A stretch of 64,000 bases of DNA, taken from the NCBI GenBank assembly GCA_963842085.1, contig CAWJET010000002.1, positions 512,001-576,000 of the forward strand, read 5' to 3'. Origin of the DNA: an uncultured delta proteobacterium (lineage in GTDB: Bacteria > Desulfobacterota > Binatia > Binatales > Binataceae). This document shows positions 60,516 through 64,000 of the stretch, in pieces. Below the pieces are notes generated by a model. The model saw only the letters and a list, made by a program, of their open reading frames with translations. It did not search any database and was not told where the DNA came from. The position numbers and the translations under genes are program-made. How positions within the stretch are numbered: the stretch's first letter is position 1; every line of letters starts with the position of its first letter.

Positions 60516-62387
60516 TTGAACGCTGAATCGACAATCGCCGCGCCCCCTGCTGCAACCGAGTTGGCGTTTCCCGACGCGCGCAGCTTGCGCTCCCGCGACG
60601 TGTTCCGGCTGGTCGCGCGCGTGTGGCCGTTCATTCGCCCCTACCGGCGCCATCTCGTGTATCTGTTCGTGGCCACGCTGCCGGCTCTCCTCGGCGGACT
60701 CATTGGGCTCAACCTCATCCGTGTTTTCTTCGACGTCGTCGGTCACGGCGCCGCCTTGACGCCCGCGCAGGCGTGGATGCTCCGCGTGCCGCTGCATGCC
60801 GATCGGCGGATCGTCCTCGCTCACGCATGCGTCGTCGGCGGGATCGCGTCGGTTGGCGCCCTGATCGTTGTCGCATTTCTTTTCGGCTATGCGATCTGGA
60901 TTCTGCAGCGCATCAGCAACCTCTTCCGCGTCAATCTTTACACCCGGATGCAGGAACTGAGCGTCCGCTTTCACTCTGAAGAGAAGATCGGCGACGCGAT
61001 CTTCCGGATGTTCCAGGACTCCGCCGCGATTCCGAGTGTCATCGACGGCCTGATCGTTCGGCCGCTGATTTTCATTCCCGCCGCCATCGCCACGCTGCTC
61101 TATCTGGTTTGGTACGACTACCGGATGGCGCTGATCGCGGCCCTGCTGATGCCCGCGAACTTCATACTGGCATGGAGGTTCGCCGATTCGATGCGTACCG
61201 CGTTCATCGCCGAGCGCGAAACCACGGCGCGTGCGACAACCCGCATCGAGGAAACGCTCGCATCGATCAAAACCGTCAAGGCGTTTGGTACTGAAGCGAT
61301 CGAAACCGAGAACTACGCGCGCGAGAACTGGGACGCATTCCTGGCCGGCCGCCGCGCGCGCCTGATGCTCGCGCGATACCGCGTCACGACCAACACCGTC
61401 CGCGGTCTCGCCTATGTTGCCGCGTTGTACGTCGGCGCGACCGAAGTGATGGCGGGCGGAACCGCGGGCCTTGCGCACGTCGCCGTTTCGCTGGGACTGT
61501 TCCAGGGCTCGCTGGTGCTGGTCGGGCACGTCAGTGCGCGCACGCGAAATCTCACCAACCTTTGGGGCAGCATGCAGGATGTGATCGTCGCGATCTCGCG
61601 GGTGCTCGAGATGCTTGGTCAAACGCCCGAGCAAGGCGTCGCCGCTGGCCATCGAATCCCGCCGCGTACGGCGACGGTCCTGGCCTTCGACGACGTGGCG
61701 TTCGGTTACGACCCGCGCACGCCCGTCCTCACCGGCGTGAATCTCGAGGGCCGCGTCGGTGAAATTACCGCGATCGCCGGCCCCAGCGGCTCCGGCAAGA
61801 GCACCATCGTCTCTCTGATCGTGAGATTTTTCGATCCCACAGCCGGCCGTGTCCTGCTCGACGCCCAACCGATTGCCGGCTTCGATCTTCCCGCCTGGCG
61901 CGGGATGCTCTCCGTCGCGCTGCAGGAAAATCCGCTCTTCACCGCGACTCTGCGCGACAACGTAGCGTACGGCCGCCCGAACGCCTCGACGGCCGAAGTC
62001 GTCGAAGCGCTCCACCGCGCCGGTCTCGGCGACTTCGTTGGCTCGCTTCCGGCCGGCCTCGACACCGTGCTCGGCGAAAAGGGCGCGAAGCTTTCTGCCG
62101 GGCAGGCGCAGCGCCTGGGCCTCGCGCGAGCGATTTTGCGCGACGCACCGATTCTTCTGCTCGACGAACCGACCTCGGCGCTCGATGTGGCCACCGAAGA
62201 CACGGTGATGGCCGGCTTGCGCGAATGGGTGAACGAGGAGCCCAAGCGCCGGATGGTCATTCTCGCGACCCATCGGCTCACCACCGCGTCACGCGCCGAT
62301 CGAATCTACCAGATTGCCGGCGGCCGGCTCGTTGCCGACGACGAATCAGCCGCCGACGTCCCGATTCGCGAGGTGAGCAATGCCTGA
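60516..62387 (+). CDS. ABC exporter half (TMD+NBD)
   Basis: TMD, GPSGSGKS, LSAGQAQR, LLLDEPTSALD, ATHR. Confidence 0.93.
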   Translation: MNAESTIAAPPAATELAFPDARSLRSRDVFRLVARVWPFIRPYRRHLVYLFVATLPALLGGLIGLNLIRVFFDVVGHGAALTPAQAWMLRVPLHADRRIVLAHACVVGGIASVGALIVVAFLFGYAIWILQRISNLFRVNLYTRMQELSVRFHSEEKIGDAIFRMFQDSAAIPSVIDGLIVRPLIFIPAAIATLLYLVWYDYRMALIAALLMPANFILAWRFADSMRTAFIAERETTARATTRIEETLASIKTVKAFGTEAIETENYARENWDAFLAGRRARLMLARYRVTTNTVRGLAYVAALYVGATEVMAGGTAGLAHVAVSLGLFQGSLVLVGHVSARTRNLTNLWGSMQDVIVAISRVLEMLGQTPEQGVAAGHRIPPRTATVLAFDDVAFGYDPRTPVLTGVNLEGRVGEITAIAGPSGSGKSTIVSLIVRFFDPTAGRVLLDAQPIAGFDLPAWRGMLSVALQENPLFTATLRDNVAYGRPNASTAEVVEALHRAGLGDFVGSLPAGLDTVLGEKGAKLSAGQAQRLGLARAILRDAPILLLDEPTSALDVATEDTVMAGLREWVNEEPKRRMVILATHRLTTASRADRIYQIAGGRLVADDESAADVPIREVSNA

Positions 62388-64000
62388 CGTCGCTGCGCAA
62401 CGCGACTCGCGCGCGAATCTTCTTTATGCCGGCGAACAGGCGCCGCTCACGTGGCGCGAGGCCTGGCGCCTGCTGGTCAAGAGCTGGCCCTTCGTCAGCC
62501 GCTATCGCCGGCTCGTCGCGATCAAGTGCGCGCTGGTTTTCATCTCGCTGACCTTTTTTCTGATGACGCCGTGGCCCCTGAAAATCGTCATCGACAACGT
62601 GATCGACGGCCACCCGCTGACCGGCATTCCTGCCGCGATTCTGACGCCGCTGGCCGGCGCCAGCCGCACTGGGCTGCTCGTTGCGGTCACGATGTTCCTG
62701 GCGATTGCCGTAGTTCTCATCGGGATGGTTGCCGGCGACGCGCAGTCGCTCGGCACCAACGTGAACAGCGGCGGGCTCGACCAGGCCGGCCTCACCGCCA
62801 ACGACGCCAACGACGGCGGCAGCCTGTGGAACGGCCTGTTCGGCTACCTTGAGGCGCGCGTTACGATCGATCTCACGCAGCGGATGAACCAATCGCTCCG
62901 CACCGCAATCTACGAGCGCTTCCTGCGCTCGCCGCTGGCGCTTTACGCCGACCAGAAAATCGGCGACGCCGTTTTCCGCGTGATGTACGACAGCGCGTCG
63001 ATCGGCCCGGTATTCTATCGCGGCGTGCTGGCGCCAATCATGTCGATGTTCATGTTCGTGATGGCGCTGATCGTGCTCTCCGCACAATTCAGCAACCAGC
63101 CGGTGATCATCGGCGTCGCGATTCTGTTTCTGCCCGTGGTCGCCATCGGCAGCAGCCTTTTCGGTCGCGCGATTCGCGATCAGAGCCAGTCGATGCGCGA
63201 AAGCGGCAGCCACGTGATGGCCGCGTTCGAGGAGCGCATTGCCCAGGTCCAGCTAATCAAGGCATTCGGACAGGAGTCGCGCGAGACCGCCGCGGTCGAC
63301 GCCGCCAGCTGGCAGTCCTACCGCGCGACGCTCCGCATGCTCGCGATCATCTTAGTGCTCGCGATCGTGCTCGCGCCCGCGTGCAGCGCGCTGATCGGAT
63401 ACTGCATCTACTATCTGATGATGCAGGTGATTGCGGGCCGGATGACGCTCGGCGATATCGTCCTGCTTGCGGCCTACGGCTCGATGCTCGCGAATCCGAT
63501 GGCTATCATCGGCGGCACGTGGGCCTCGGTGCAGGCGTCGGTCGCGGGACTCCGGCGCGTGCATAGCGTGCTCGACAACCTCCCTGAGCCGGTCGCCGAC
63601 GGCCGCCGCGACGGACTCGACGGGCGCGTCAGCAGGCTGGAATTCAGCGGCGTCGCAATCGGCTATGGCGCCGCAGCGGTGCTCAGCGGCGTCACGATGT
63701 CGATGCGCGCCGGTGAGATGGTTGCGCTGGCGGGACCGAGCGGGTGCGGCAAGACCACGCTCATCCATTCGATCCCGCGCTTCGTCGAGCCGTCAGCGGG
63801 GACGATCGCCTTCGATGGCGTCGATTCGCGCGTCGTCGCGCCTGACACAATTCGCGCGCGCGTTGGATTCGTATTTCAGAATGAGGCGCTGTTCTCGACC
63901 TCTATCGAGGACAACATCCGTTATGGCAGCGCCGGCGCGTCGAAGGCCGACGTTCGCCAAGCAGCGGCGATGGCTGGGGCGGCGGAATTTATCGAGCGGC
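62380..64000 (+). CDS. ABC exporter half (TMD+NBD), truncated by the window end
   Basis: ATG at 62380 overlaps the previous gene; PWPLKIVID, IGDA.FR, Walker A GPSGCGKT near 63733, VFQ Q-loop. Confidence 0.9.
   Translation, partial: MPDVAAQRDSRANLLYAGEQAPLTWREAWRLLVKSWPFVSRYRRLVAIKCALVFISLTFFLMTPWPLKIVIDNVIDGHPLTGIPAAILTPLAGASRTGLLVAVTMFLAIAVVLIGMVAGDAQSLGTNVNSGGLDQAGLTANDANDGGSLWNGLFGYLEARVTIDLTQRMNQSLRTAIYERFLRSPLALYADQKIGDAVFRVMYDSASIGPVFYRGVLAPIMSMFMFVMALIVLSAQFSNQPVIIGVAILFLPVVAIGSSLFGRAIRDQSQSMRESGSHVMAAFEERIAQVQLIKAFGQESRETAAVDAASWQSYRATLRMLAIILVLAIVLAPACSALIGYCIYYLMMQVIAGRMTLGDIVLLAAYGSMLANPMAIIGGTWASVQASVAGLRRVHSVLDNLPEPVADGRRDGLDGRVSRLEFSGVAIGYGAAAVLSGVTMSMRAGEMVALAGPSGCGKTTLIHSIPRFVEPSAGTIAFDGVDSRVVAPDTIRARVGFVFQNEALFSTSIEDNIRYGSAGASKADVRQAAAMAGAAEFIER

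Overview
GC-rich bacterial chromosome segment. The gene content (a Deltaproteobacteria-type fab/rib/nusB superoperon, a T2SS with GspN, three enoyl-CoA hydratases, an LLM oxidoreductase and a Zn-ribbon cyclase-AAA-TPR protein) suggests Ca. Binatota or a related lineage; this is inference only. Housekeeping genes seen: yebC-ruvCAB, mazG, rpsT, yceD-rpmF-plsX-fabD-acpP-nrdR-ribD-ribBA-nusB-lptE-holA, nth, glpD, an isocitrate dehydrogenase family enzyme, glycerate kinase, rpiA, thrB-metF-folE, bcp, hisI-hisG, gspE-N and an ABC exporter pair. A near-consensus parS site lies at 32758. No tRNA, rRNA, CRISPR array or transposase was recognised. Most notable observations: (1) the rib cluster keeps only RibD and an intact GTP cyclohydrolase II fused to a degenerate RibB domain, with ribE and ribH absent, so it may stop at 5-amino-6-ribitylaminouracil, the F420 branch point; (2) a ~210-bp REP/MITE family has a 55-bp core that is inverted between two otherwise co-oriented copies, and its half-copies break at the same boundary; (3) a three-gene protein O-mannosylation-like operon (double GT-C/PMT fusion, carbohydrate-binding membrane protein, PA14-bearing GT-C); (4) tandem NrdR-box-like sites upstream of an LLM oxidoreductase rather than a ribonucleotide reductase. 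Several short frameshifts could be sequencing or assembly errors. All calls come from reading the sequence; no database searches were run.
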